A stretch of DNA of 64,000 bases from Candidatus Hadarchaeales archaeon (GTDB lineage: Archaea > Hadarchaeota > Hadarchaeia > Hadarchaeales > WYZ-LMO6): positions 22,093 to 86,092 of the forward strand of contig JAVYML010000003.1 in NCBI GenBank assembly GCA_038736355.1. Direction: 5' to 3'. This document shows, piece after piece, positions 30,446 to 39,847 of this stretch (its first letter is position 1; every line of letters begins with the position of its first letter). The translations under genes were made by a program, and so were the position numbers. The notes under the pieces are model-generated. The model saw only the letters and a list, made by a program, of their open reading frames with translations. It did no database searches and had not been told where the DNA came from.

Positions 30446-30898
30446 ATGAGGATATATTTGGTCCAGCATGCCGAGGCAAAACCCGAGGAGGAAGATCCTG
30501 CTAGGCCCCTTTCGAAGAAGGGGGAGGAAGAGGCAGTTAAGGTGGCCAAGTTCTTGGCGAAGTTCGTCAGGGTCTCCAAAATCCTTCACAGCGGTAAGTT
30601 GAGGGCCCTCCAAACGGCCAAAATCCTGGCGGAGGAGCTCCTCCCCACGGAGATGCGGGAGGCACTAGGCCTGACCCCCTTGGATGATCCCCTTCCTTGG
30701 GTGGAGGAATTGAAGAGAACGGAAGAGGATCTCATGCTCGTGGGACATATGCCCCATCTGGGTAAGCTGGCCTCCCTCCTCCTTTCGGGGGAAGAGGGAA
30801 GGGTGAAGCTGGGTTTCAAACCTGGAACGGTGGTTTGCCTGGAGAAAGAAGGGGAAAAGTGGGTGCTGAAATGGATGCTCTCTCCAGAAATCCTCTAA
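30446..30898 (+). CDS. sixA: Phosphohistidine phosphatase SixA
   Basis: IYLVQHAEA, HSGKLRALQTA, MLVGHMPHL. Confidence 0.88.
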   Translation: MRIYLVQHAEAKPEEEDPARPLSKKGEEEAVKVAKFLAKFVRVSKILHSGKLRALQTAKILAEELLPTEMREALGLTPLDDPLPWVEELKRTEEDLMLVGHMPHLGKLASLLLSGEEGRVKLGFKPGTVVCLEKEGEKWVLKWMLSPEIL

Positions 30899-30917
30899 CT
30901 CCAAGGGGGCAGGGAGG

Positions 30918-31859
30918 TTGAGGAAGCTTTTGGCAGGAGTGGACTTGGGTGCCACCAACCTTAGGGTGGCCCTTTCGGACGGGAAAAAACTGCTCGTGGA
31001 GAGGAAGGAGAAAACCCTCCTCGTGGATCCCTTCTCCCCTTCCCGCCAGATCCTCTCCCTCCTTCGTTCGATGCTTTTCAAAGGGGGGAGTTTGGAGGGG
31101 GTGGGTTTGGCATCCGTGGGACCCTTGGACCTCAAGAGGGGAGAAGTGAGGAACTCACCCAACCTTCCCTTCAAGCGGGTCCCCCTCGTCAAACCCTTGG
31201 AGGAGGAGTTGGAGGTTCCCGTGATCCTGCTGAACGACTGTTCGGCCGCTGTCGTGGGGGAAAGGGAATTCGGCGCGGGCAGGGGTGTGGATGATCTCGT
31301 TTATGTGGGGATAGGGACGGGAATAGGGGGTGGGGCTTATGTGGATGGACACCTCCTCTGGGGAAAGGAGGGAAATGCGGTGGAGATAGGTCATCTCGTC
31401 GTGGATTCTTCCGGAAGACTGGAATGCGGATGTGGGAGGAGGGGACATTGGGAGGCTTATTGTTCGGGAACGGGCCTTCCAAAGCTAGTGGATTGGAGAC
31501 TAAAAAGGGGGGAGGGGAAGGGAAGCATGCTAAGGAAACGATGGAAAGATGGTTTGAAGGCTGAGGACTTTTTCGAAGCGGTGAGGGCAGGTGATTCCTT
31601 TGCCCTCAAGGTGCTAGAAGAAGTGGGGAGGTTGAACGGAATAGGTTTCACCTCCTTGGTGGAGGCCTACGATCCTTCCCTCATCACCGTGGGAGGAACC
31701 GTGGCCTTGAAGAATGCGAAATGGCTTCTTCCCCCCGTGAGGAGGTGGATGAGGAGGGAGGCCTACAACCGTCCTCCAACCGTGAGACTCACCCCCCTCG
31801 GTGAAAGGGCTGGTTTATACGGGGCAGTGGGAATCATCCGGCAGGAAGTGAGGAAATGA
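30918..31859 (+). CDS. ROK-family sugar kinase (glucokinase)
   Basis: GVDLGATN, LLNDC, GTGIGGG, EIGH, CGCGRRGHWEAY. Confidence 0.9.
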   Translation: MRKLLAGVDLGATNLRVALSDGKKLLVERKEKTLLVDPFSPSRQILSLLRSMLFKGGSLEGVGLASVGPLDLKRGEVRNSPNLPFKRVPLVKPLEEELEVPVILLNDCSAAVVGEREFGAGRGVDDLVYVGIGTGIGGGAYVDGHLLWGKEGNAVEIGHLVVDSSGRLECGCGRRGHWEAYCSGTGLPKLVDWRLKRGEGKGSMLRKRWKDGLKAEDFFEAVRAGDSFALKVLEEVGRLNGIGFTSLVEAYDPSLITVGGTVALKNAKWLLPPVRRWMRREAYNRPPTVRLTPLGERAGLYGAVGIIRQEVRK

Positions 31860-32863
31860 TGGAAGAAATAGGAAAGGTGGATAAGGGGGGGATGCTGGCC
31901 GAGCTCCTGCGCTTCCCGGAGAGGTGCGGGGAGGCCCTTTCGCTGGAAGTGAGGACGGGGAAAAGGAGGGTGGGAAAGGTGGTGCTCGCGGGTATGGGGG
32001 GTTCGGCCATCGCGGGGGATCTCCTGAGGGATTGGTTGGTTCCTCCCTTTCCCTTCGAGGTCTGTAGGGACTACCATCTCCCACGATGGGTGGGGAGGGA
32101 TACCCTCGTCCTGGCCGTGAGCTATTCCGGTAACACGGAGGAGACCCTAAGTTGTCTTTCCGAAGCTCTCGAGAGGGGGGCGGAGGTGGTGGGGATTTCC
32201 TCTGGGGGAAGGTTGGAGGAGAAGTGTTTGGAGGAGGGAATCCCCCATGTGAAGGTACCGGGGGGAATGATGCCCAGGGTGGCCCTCCCCTTCCTCCTCT
32301 TCCCTTCCTTCAGCGTGTTGAGGAAAAAGGGTCTGGTGGAGGTGGGGAGGGAGGAACTGGAGGAGGCCTGGGAAAGGTTGGGAAGGCTGAGGAGGAGGTT
32401 GGCACCGGGGGTGAAGGGAAATCCGGCGGAGGAGGCTGCGGAAAGGCTCAAGGGAACCCTTCCCTTCATTTATGCCCCAGGCGGGATAGCCGGAGTGGCC
32501 CTCAGGCTGAAGACCCAGCTGAACGAGAACAGCAAAGTACCTGCAAAGGTGGAGCTCCTTCCCGAGCTCTGCCACAACGAGATCGTGGGGCTACGTTCTT
32601 CCCCCCCTTTTGTGTCCTTCATCCTCCTGAGGAGCGGGGAGGAGAACCGGAGGATGGAGGTGAGGATGGAGTTCCTCAAGGAGCTCCTGAGGGGAAGGAA
32701 GGTGGTGGAGTTCAGGGGGGAAGGGAGGGGGAGGCTGGCACGCCTCCTCACCCTGGTCTACTTCGGCGACTTCCTTTCCTTCTACCTCGCGGTGAAGAGG
32801 GGGGTGGATCCCACACCCGTCCCGGAAATAGAGGAGCTCAAGAAAAGGCTCTCCTCCCTTTAG
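31856..32863 (+). CDS. Bifunctional phosphoglucose/phosphomannose isomerase
   Basis: GMGGSAIAG, SYSGNTEET, QLNENSK, PELCHNE. Confidence 0.92.
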   Translation: MMEEIGKVDKGGMLAELLRFPERCGEALSLEVRTGKRRVGKVVLAGMGGSAIAGDLLRDWLVPPFPFEVCRDYHLPRWVGRDTLVLAVSYSGNTEETLSCLSEALERGAEVVGISSGGRLEEKCLEEGIPHVKVPGGMMPRVALPFLLFPSFSVLRKKGLVEVGREELEEAWERLGRLRRRLAPGVKGNPAEEAAERLKGTLPFIYAPGGIAGVALRLKTQLNENSKVPAKVELLPELCHNEIVGLRSSPPFVSFILLRSGEENRRMEVRMEFLKELLRGRKVVEFRGEGRGRLARLLTLVYFGDFLSFYLAVKRGVDPTPVPEIEELKKRLSSL

Positions 32864-33381
32864 AGGAGTTCCACCCTTTTCCCCCTCTCGCTCGGTACGA
32901 TCCTCCTCCTTCCCCCCGGGAAGTCCCTCTTGAGTTCCTCCCCATCGAAGAGTCTGTCCAGGAAGACGGCTAGGGCTGCCACTTCCGAGTGGGGCTGGTT
33001 GCCCACCGCCACGTTGTAGTCCGCCAGCTCGAACATCTCCCCCGGAACCTTCTCCGCCCCCACGACCACCAGCAGGTCCCTTCCCTTCACGAGTGGAAGG
33101 ATTTCTTCCAAGGGCCTGCCGTACATCGTCAGGTGTACCACCTTTCCCCCCTCCTTCTTCCACTCTTCCACCGCTTCCTTCCACGGCTTTCCCCCCTTCA
33201 CCCAGAAACTCCCTCCCCATTCCCTCCCCAACTCCTCCATCCTCCTCTCCAGCTCCGGATCCCTCCAGTCGGCGAGGATCATTCCGTCAGCCCCGAAGGC
33301 CCTAGCGGTCAAGGCCACGTGCGTGGTGAGCCTCTGATCCCTGAAGGGGCGATGGCCCATCCTCAGCACCACAACCCTCAT
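32860..33381 (-). CDS. trm56: tRNA (cytidine56-2'-O)-methyltransferase
   Basis: GHRPFRDQRLTTHVALTARAFGA, HLTMYG, NQPHSEVAALA. Confidence 0.95.
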   Translation of the reverse strand: MRVVVLRMGHRPFRDQRLTTHVALTARAFGADGMILADWRDPELERRMEELGREWGGSFWVKGGKPWKEAVEEWKKEGGKVVHLTMYGRPLEEILPLVKGRDLLVVVGAEKVPGEMFELADYNVAVGNQPHSEVAALAVFLDRLFDGEELKRDFPGGRRRIVPSERGKRVELL

Positions 33382-33420
33382 CTTCCCAACACTTTTTTTC
33401 CCATTCTTCCGTTAAGGTTG

Positions 33421-34146
33421 ATGCATCCCCTCTCCCGGTATCTCAGGGCCCTCTCCGAGCTTTCCCGCCTCCGTAGGGAGGGGGGGAGGTTGCGCTTCGG
33501 CCTTTCCTCCGTGAGTGCCTCGGATATAGCGGCCCAGTTCTACTGCGAGCGTAAGGTGGAATTCAGGTACACGGTGGGGAGGATCCGGACGCAGGAAATG
33601 ATGGAGGGGGAAAACAGACATGCCAAGCTGGTGGAAAAGGCGGTACGGAAGACACCCGAGGAAATCCTGCGTTCCGCCCTCGAGGGAAAACCCGTTTGGG
33701 CCACGGAACTCTTCTTGGCTTCCAGCTTTGGAGGCGTGTTCGTGACGGGGAAACCCGATGCCCTCGTCTTCGAGGGGGGGAGACCCATCAGGGTGGTGGA
33801 GTACAAGTTCACGGAGGCTAGGACTCCAGCCCATTACCATCATGTCCAGGCAAGGGTTTACTGTCTCCTCCTCCGTTCGTTGGGAATGGACACTTCCCAT
33901 CTGAAGTATGTCATTTTCCTCCTCCCTCCCTCCTCTTCCCCACCCTTCGACAGGATTTCCAAGCTCGTGCTCGAAGGAGGGGGGGAGGAGGGAGTCTTCC
34001 TCTTCGAACCGGATTGGGAAAGGGGGAGGAGAGAACTGATATGGGCCTTACAGTATTGGAAGGGGAGGAGGGAGGCCCAGCCCACCGCCACCAAGATCAG
34101 GTGTGAATCCTGTGAGTACAGGGAAAGGTGTCTTCCGGTGGGGTAA
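33421..34146 (+). CDS. Stand-alone Cas4-like/RecB-family PD-(D/E)xK nuclease with Fe-S cysteines
   Basis: SASDIAAQFYCE, GKPDAL, VEYKF, QARVY, CESCEYRERC. Confidence 0.8.
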   Translation: MHPLSRYLRALSELSRLRREGGRLRFGLSSVSASDIAAQFYCERKVEFRYTVGRIRTQEMMEGENRHAKLVEKAVRKTPEEILRSALEGKPVWATELFLASSFGGVFVTGKPDALVFEGGRPIRVVEYKFTEARTPAHYHHVQARVYCLLLRSLGMDTSHLKYVIFLLPPSSSPPFDRISKLVLEGGGEEGVFLFEPDWERGRRELIWALQYWKGRREAQPTATKIRCESCEYRERCLPVG

Positions 34147-34779
34147 ATGTATGCCCTTCTCCAGCTCCCCATAGGTTTCTTCGTGGGTCTTTCAGGTTCC
34201 CTCCTTCCAGGCCCCATGCTCGTCTACGTGGTGGCCAAGTCTTCCGTGGAGGGAGCGGGGGTGGGACCGAGGGTAGTGGTTGGACATCTCCTCACCGAGG
34301 CCCTCTTCCTCTCGCTCTTCCTGGCAGGCCTGAGGGTCTTCCTGAAGCCCCCCGTTCACACCTCTCTCGGTCTTCTCGGAGGGAGCCTCCTCCTTTTGTT
34401 GGGAGGGATGAGCGCCAAAAGGGCGGCGGGAAAGCTGGGTGCTGAGGGGGTTCCCCTGGTCTCCCTCCCACCCCTCCCCGGAGGGGTACTCTTCAGTAGC
34501 CTCCTGAACCCAAGTGTTCCCCTCTGGTGGGTGACGGTGGGCTTTTCCACCCTCCTCGAGGCCTTTTCCCTCTCCTCCTATCCAGGTGTGGTCCTCTGGC
34601 TGGTGGGTCACGGTCTCTCCGACCTCAGCTGGTTTTCCCTGGTTTCCCGCCTGGCCTCCAGGGGAAGGAGGATCGTGGGGACAAGGGCCCACAGGATCCT
34701 TCTAGCCTCCTGCGGGGCCTTCCTCCTCCTCTTCGGTTCCTTCCTCCTCCTGAAGTACCTACCAGAGCTGATATACTGA
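34147..34779 (+). CDS. LysE-family transporter
   Basis: GLSGSLLPGP, GHLLTE, LNP...WW, GHGLSD. Confidence 0.85.
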   Translation: MYALLQLPIGFFVGLSGSLLPGPMLVYVVAKSSVEGAGVGPRVVVGHLLTEALFLSLFLAGLRVFLKPPVHTSLGLLGGSLLLLLGGMSAKRAAGKLGAEGVPLVSLPPLPGGVLFSSLLNPSVPLWWVTVGFSTLLEAFSLSSYPGVVLWLVGHGLSDLSWFSLVSRLASRGRRIVGTRAHRILLASCGAFLLLFGSFLLLKYLPELIY

Positions 34780-34854
34780 AAAAAACCCTGAAAGGGTGTT
34801 CTATTCGGCTACGAACGATAGCGGTTAAGAGGAGGTAGGGAGAAAGGAAAAAGG

Positions 34855-34942
34855 GCGGGGGTGGCCGAGCCAGGTCAAAGGCGCCAGACTCAAGATCTGG
34901 TCCCTTAGGGGTTCGGGGGTTCAAATCCCCTCCCCCGCACCA
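34855..34942 (+). tRNA. tRNA-Leu(CAA), CCA encoded
   Basis: GCGGGGG/CCCCCGC acceptor, CCAGA-CTCAAGA-TCTGG anticodon arm, long variable arm, TTCAAAT loop. Confidence 0.97.
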
Positions 34943-35029
34943 AGCCGGTGTGGTCCGATTTCATCTTTTCCAGACTTTGGGACCAGTACTCTGGAGGAAA
35001 CCAGAGGGAAAGAGAAATCGGAGCCGGTG
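34943..35029. repeat. Inverted-repeat element flanked by 8-bp direct repeats
   Basis: AGCCGGTG at 34943 and 35022; arms TCCGATTTCATCTTTTCC and GGAAAGAGAAATCGGA; inner hairpin CTCTGG/CCAGAG. Confidence 0.55.
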
Positions 35030-35051
35030 CATTACTGATGCTTTAGAAGAC

Positions 35052-36938
35052 TCATTCCTCCTCCAATTTCCTCGGAGATACTGGGTCCCCAAATCTCTTC
35101 TTGAGCTCCTCCAGCCCCTCACGCGTCTCCTCAAGCACCTCGAAGACTTCCTTGGGCGTGCCTTCTTCCTTCCTCCAGAACTCCTCTACCCTTCCAACCT
35201 TCTTCAGGAGCCACTTCACCCTGATGGAGAACTGCTGTTCGTATTCCTCCCATGTATATTCCTTCCCCCTGATCTCCCTGAAAAGCTCCACGAGGTCCTC
35301 ATGCTTAGGGATGAGACCCGTGGGGGAAACCAACGCACCCATCTCTCCGTGGATCCTCCTCTCCATCCACTTCACCCACACGTGCTTGTCCAGCCTGTGG
35401 TTCAGGTACTCTCCCGTTTTGGGATGGCGCAGGAAGTAGTTCACCCCGAAGACCAAAGGAACCTTTTTCAGCTTCCTTCCGAACTCCAGATAGTTTCGGA
35501 TGTAGTCTCCCAGGGGAATGGAGAGGAAATCCTGTATGCTCATCACGTTGATCTCGAACTTGGGTTCCTCCACGATGGCGAAGGTGGTTTCCGTCTCCAG
35601 TCCTGCCCCGTACAGGATGATGCCGTGTTCCCAGTTGAAACCCTGTTGTACCGGGACGAAAGCCCTGTAGTCCCTTCCCCCGAACATGATTCCTCCCAAC
35701 TCCACCCCCAAAGGATTCTCCAGCTCGGGATCGCAGTTGGGGAGGGAAGTCAGGCTCACGGTATATCTGGCATTGGGATGGGCAGGGGGAACGGGTTTCC
35801 CATCGGGTCCCACCACCCCCTCCCTCCATTCTCCGTAGAAGTTGATCCCCTCCTTGGGAAGTTCACACCCCATTCCCAGCCAGTAGGGCTTCCCGTCCTT
35901 CACCAACACGTTGGAGAAGATGATTTCCCCAGGACTGGTGAGGACTTGATAGATGAGGGGATCGTCCCGGGGGTTGACGTCCTGCAAGATTCCTAGGATT
36001 CCCGCTTCAATGTTTACGGCCCTGCAACTTCCATTCAAGTTCCTGACATAGGCTATATCGTCGGCGAGAATGGTTTCGTCGGGGAGCATGGCGGTGGAAG
36101 TCTTCCCGCAGGCACTGGGGAAGGCTCCGGCCAAATAGGTCTTTCTTCCTCCAGGTCCCTTAACCCCTATGATCATGAAATGTTCCGCCAACCAGCCCTC
36201 CCTGTGGGCCTTCCTTATGGCTAGCCTGAGGGCGAGCTTCTTGAACCCCACCGAGTTCCCCGCGTACTGCGTGTTCACGCTGTAAACGGTGTTGGTGACG
36301 TAGTCGATGTAAATCCTCTTCTTCTCGTGTTCCACGCTTATCATCCGCTCATCCACTTTTCCGGAGGAGTGTAGGGTCTTGAAGAGCTCGGCACTGGGAC
36401 CGAGCTTCAGGAAGGTATCATAGCCCCTGCGGTAGAGGAGGCTGACGGAATGGGCCACGTACCATGAATCCGTGCACTCCATACAGGGAATGGTGAAGGG
36501 GGAGTCCTTTGGTCCCAAGGTGAGAAAGCGCACGATCATGGTCCTTCCCCTCATGGAATTCCTCAGCAGTCCTAGGATCTCGGAGAGGCCCTCTTCCCTC
36601 TCCACCTGATTCAGGCGTGGACTGAGATAATCTCCTTTGGGAACTAGGAATTTCGTAACCTGCCTATCCCTTCCCTGATCGAAGTAGCCGTCGAAGTGGT
36701 AGGTGTGACCAGGAGTGGAAAGGGGCCTCTCCTCCCCGCTCTCTAGGGCCATGCGCCTGATATAGGCAAGATCCTCAGGGGAATCGTCGCAGATGAAAAT
36801 CCTTTCTGGGTCGCAGAGCTCCACCGCCTTAGCGATGAACTCATGTACTTCAGGATGGGGAATGGCTTCGAGCTTTTCCACTCCCCTTTCTCCTGCCCTT
36901 TCTCTCACCTTTACGAGCAGTCTTTCCTTTTTTGACAT
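35052..36938 (-). CDS. pckG: Phosphoenolpyruvate carboxykinase (GTP)
   Basis: GWLAEHF, AFPSACGKTSTAM, DDIAY, AHPNARY. Confidence 0.95.
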   Translation of the reverse strand: MSKKERLLVKVRERAGERGVEKLEAIPHPEVHEFIAKAVELCDPERIFICDDSPEDLAYIRRMALESGEERPLSTPGHTYHFDGYFDQGRDRQVTKFLVPKGDYLSPRLNQVEREEGLSEILGLLRNSMRGRTMIVRFLTLGPKDSPFTIPCMECTDSWYVAHSVSLLYRRGYDTFLKLGPSAELFKTLHSSGKVDERMISVEHEKKRIYIDYVTNTVYSVNTQYAGNSVGFKKLALRLAIRKAHREGWLAEHFMIIGVKGPGGRKTYLAGAFPSACGKTSTAMLPDETILADDIAYVRNLNGSCRAVNIEAGILGILQDVNPRDDPLIYQVLTSPGEIIFSNVLVKDGKPYWLGMGCELPKEGINFYGEWREGVVGPDGKPVPPAHPNARYTVSLTSLPNCDPELENPLGVELGGIMFGGRDYRAFVPVQQGFNWEHGIILYGAGLETETTFAIVEEPKFEINVMSIQDFLSIPLGDYIRNYLEFGRKLKKVPLVFGVNYFLRHPKTGEYLNHRLDKHVWVKWMERRIHGEMGALVSPTGLIPKHEDLVELFREIRGKEYTWEEYEQQFSIRVKWLLKKVGRVEEFWRKEEGTPKEVFEVLEETREGLEELKKRFGDPVSPRKLEEE

Positions 36939-36982
36939 TTTGTTAATTTTTTGGCTTTTTTCGAGACATTTATTCCATTACT

Positions 36983-38014
36983 TTAAAAACTTTGTCCTCC
37001 GTCTGTAAAGGTCCATTCCTTCGCGTATTCCCCCAATTCCTTCAGCCTTCTCTCCTTCTCCCTCCTTTCCAGGAAGGAGGCCTCGAAGGAGTTCCGGGCG
37101 AGCCCAACGAGTTCCTTCCTCCCCAATCCTAGCGCTTCCTGTACGGCTAGGTAGTTTTCGTTCACGTATCCTCCGAAGTAAGCTGGATCGTCGGAGTTCA
37201 ACGTTACCTTCAGCCCCTTTTCCATCATCTCCTTGAGGGGATACTCCCTCAAGTCCTTCACCACCCCCAGCCTGAGGTTGGAGAGGGGACAGAGGGTGAG
37301 GGGGATCCCTTTCTTGGCCAGTTCCCTCACCAATTCCGGATCCTCCATCGCCCTGTTTCCGTGGTCGATTCTGGCCACACCGAGTTCGAGGGCTTCCCAT
37401 ACGTATTCGGGGGGCCCCTCCTCCCCCGCATGGGCCACGAGCAGGAATCCCTCTTCCCTGGCCCTTTCAAAAACCCTCTTGAATTTGGAGGGTGGATGAC
37501 CCACTTCGGCCGAATCCAGCCCCACTCCTATGATCCACTCCTTGTAAGGAAGGGCCTCCTCCAACGTCTTGACCGCCTCCTCTTCGGGTAAGTCCCTCAA
37601 GAAGCACATGATGAGTCTGGTTGTCATTCCCATTTTCTCCGCCTCCCTCAGGGCCGAATGGATTCCTTCCACCACCTTCTCGAACCTTATCCCCCTACGT
37701 GTGTGGGCCTGGGGATCGAAGAAGACTTCGGCATGCAGGACGGTCTGGGAGCGCGCCTTCTTGAGGTAGGAAAGCGTGAGTTCCCGAAAATCTTCCTCCT
37801 CCCTCAGCACCTCCACCCCCTTGTAGTAAAGGTTGAGGAAATCCTGGAGGTTCCTGAATCTGTAGGCCCTCCTCACCTCTTCCACCGAGCGATATCCCAG
37901 TTCCACCCTTCTCTTCCCTGCCAGTTCGAACATGAGCTCCGGTTCCAGCGTACCCTCGAGGTGCAGGTGGAGCTCCGCTTTGGGTAAACCTTCCACGAAG
38001 GCCCTCTCGGACAT
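36983..38014 (-). CDS. add: Adenosine/adenine deaminase
   Basis: PKAELHLHLEG, AHAGEE, RIDHG, CPLSN, NSDDPAYF. Confidence 0.92.
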   Translation of the reverse strand: MSERAFVEGLPKAELHLHLEGTLEPELMFELAGKRRVELGYRSVEEVRRAYRFRNLQDFLNLYYKGVEVLREEEDFRELTLSYLKKARSQTVLHAEVFFDPQAHTRRGIRFEKVVEGIHSALREAEKMGMTTRLIMCFLRDLPEEEAVKTLEEALPYKEWIIGVGLDSAEVGHPPSKFKRVFERAREEGFLLVAHAGEEGPPEYVWEALELGVARIDHGNRAMEDPELVRELAKKGIPLTLCPLSNLRLGVVKDLREYPLKEMMEKGLKVTLNSDDPAYFGGYVNENYLAVQEALGLGRKELVGLARNSFEASFLERREKERRLKELGEYAKEWTFTDGGQSF

Positions 38015-39391
38015 CTACCTATACCACGGAAGGCATTTGGTCAGGTATTCGGAGAGGAAGGAAAGGAAGTCTTCCCCAAGTCCCAAGGTCTCCCTTCCGC
38101 GGTAGATCCTGAAACTCTTAGAAAGGGCTTCCCCCACATGTTTTCCCAACCCTTCACCCCTTTTCACGGTTTCTTCCAGCACCTTTTTTGCTTCCCTCTT
38201 TTTCCTCTCTACCTCGAACACCAGTCTCCCTTCCATGTCCACGTAGGGACCGGCCCAGGTCCCCTTCCTCCCCAAATACTTCCTTAGGAAGTCCTCTTCC
38301 GGGGCAGAGGGGGGAGGTCCCCTCCTCACTTCCAGCGCGGGGAGGGAAGGAGGAAAGACCTCGAGGAGGATGGCGGAAAAGCGCTTCCCCGACCATACTT
38401 CGCTGCCCAGCACTTGGAAGCCCCTTTCACCCAACGTGAAGGTCAGGGCCCTTTCCGCTTTCCTGAGCTGGGGGAAGAGCACATCCTCCACCACGCGGGG
38501 GGTCCTGAAGGTCACGCAGAAAATCTCCGTTCCCCTCCTCTCCATGAGCTTCCGGAGCTCACCCTTACCGAGCACTCTCGGAGGTCTGGGGAAGAAGAAG
38601 CGTTCGGAAGGTTTCCTCAGGAAGTCACGGCAAGCCAGAACGAAGGTGGAGAACTTCTGAAAGGAAACGGCAGCCGCCACGTTCCTGCTCTTGTCCACCG
38701 GGTCCACCACTATCAGAGGCTGTTCGGGAAAGAACAGCCTGAGTTTCGAGGGATCCGGATAGAAACCCTCCAGATCCACCACTTGTCCAGGTTTCCACCC
38801 CCTGGCTTCCCTTATCAGTCCCTCGAAGGACTGGGCATGGAGGATCAGAAGTTCGCACAGGTAACCGGAGAAACCCCCAACCCTCAACTCTGCTCCATAG
38901 CATCCTATCCCCATCATGAACCTCTTGAGGAGCCTGATTTCCCTCTTGAGATCCTCGCTCAGCCTCCTCTTTACATATTCCGTATGGAAGGGTGTTCGAT
39001 CCACCGAAGAGCGTAGCTGGGAGGGATCCTCTACCTTGAAACAGGGCACCACTTCAACCCTGTATCCCTTCATCTGGATTTCCAAGTAGGGATGCTCGGC
39101 ATATCTCTCCCTTTTCTTTCCCTTCAGCGTTTTGGCCACTTCCACCACTTCCCTCAACTTCTCGTCGGGGAAAGAGGGTGGAAGAAGGACAAAAAGGTCC
39201 AAATCGTTCTCCCCTCTAAGCCAAGTATCCTTGGCAAAGGATCCTTCTACCCTCACTTCGGCTTCTATCCCCCTCCGGAGGAGTTCCTCGGAGAGGGAGG
39301 AGAGGAGGCTATTGGAGAGGTTCATCGCTTTCTTCCTCTCCTCCTGCGTGGGTTCGATCTTCTCCAGAATCTTTTTGTAAAGTTCCATCAT
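38015..39391 (-). CDS. cca: CCA-adding enzyme (class I)
   Basis: GSFAKDTWL..ENDLDLF, YAEHPY, VDRTPFH, GFSGYLCELL. Confidence 0.95.
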   Translation of the reverse strand: MMELYKKILEKIEPTQEERKKAMNLSNSLLSSLSEELLRRGIEAEVRVEGSFAKDTWLRGENDLDLFVLLPPSFPDEKLREVVEVAKTLKGKKRERYAEHPYLEIQMKGYRVEVVPCFKVEDPSQLRSSVDRTPFHTEYVKRRLSEDLKREIRLLKRFMMGIGCYGAELRVGGFSGYLCELLILHAQSFEGLIREARGWKPGQVVDLEGFYPDPSKLRLFFPEQPLIVVDPVDKSRNVAAAVSFQKFSTFVLACRDFLRKPSERFFFPRPPRVLGKGELRKLMERRGTEIFCVTFRTPRVVEDVLFPQLRKAERALTFTLGERGFQVLGSEVWSGKRFSAILLEVFPPSLPALEVRRGPPPSAPEEDFLRKYLGRKGTWAGPYVDMEGRLVFEVERKKREAKKVLEETVKRGEGLGKHVGEALSKSFRIYRGRETLGLGEDFLSFLSEYLTKCLPWYR

Positions 39392-39441
39392 CCTGCTGGG
39401 AAGAGGGGGGTAAAAGGTTATTATGGGGGGTTCAGAGGAAA

Positions 39442-39843
39442 ATGATGTTCAAGCGTCTCCTCCTTTGTTTGACCGAGGCTACCCCCAAGGAAGTGGTAGA
39501 GGTAGCCCTGAAACTCAGTTCCCCGGATACGGAAGTCCACCTCCTCCATGTGGTACGTCTCCTCACCGAGTTGGGAAAGAAGCAGGCGGAAGAGGGCTTC
39601 GCATGGGTAAAGGAGCTCTTCGAGAAAGAAGGGAAGAAGACCGAATTCCATGTGGTGGAGGCCACGGAGGTGGGAAAGGCCATCATCTCCTTTGCTAAAG
39701 AGAAAAATTGTGACGTGATCGTGCTAGGGACCATTCCGAGAAAGGGAGTGTTGGGCTACTTCACGGAGAGTGTTTCCGATTACGTGGTCAAAAATTCACC
39801 CTGTGTAGCCGTGCTCGTCAGGAAGCCCGGTCAACCCGTGTAG
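39442..39843 (+). CDS. Universal stress protein
   Basis: LLHVV, DVIVLG, SVSDYVVKNSPC.VLV. Confidence 0.88.
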   Translation: MMFKRLLLCLTEATPKEVVEVALKLSSPDTEVHLLHVVRLLTELGKKQAEEGFAWVKELFEKEGKKTEFHVVEATEVGKAIISFAKEKNCDVIVLGTIPRKGVLGYFTESVSDYVVKNSPCVAVLVRKPGQPV

Positions 39844-39847
39844 TTGG

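Noticed and set aside
33421..35050. CRISPR locus near the Cas4-like gene
   Set aside because: No repeat-spacer array or other cas genes seen anywhere in the window.
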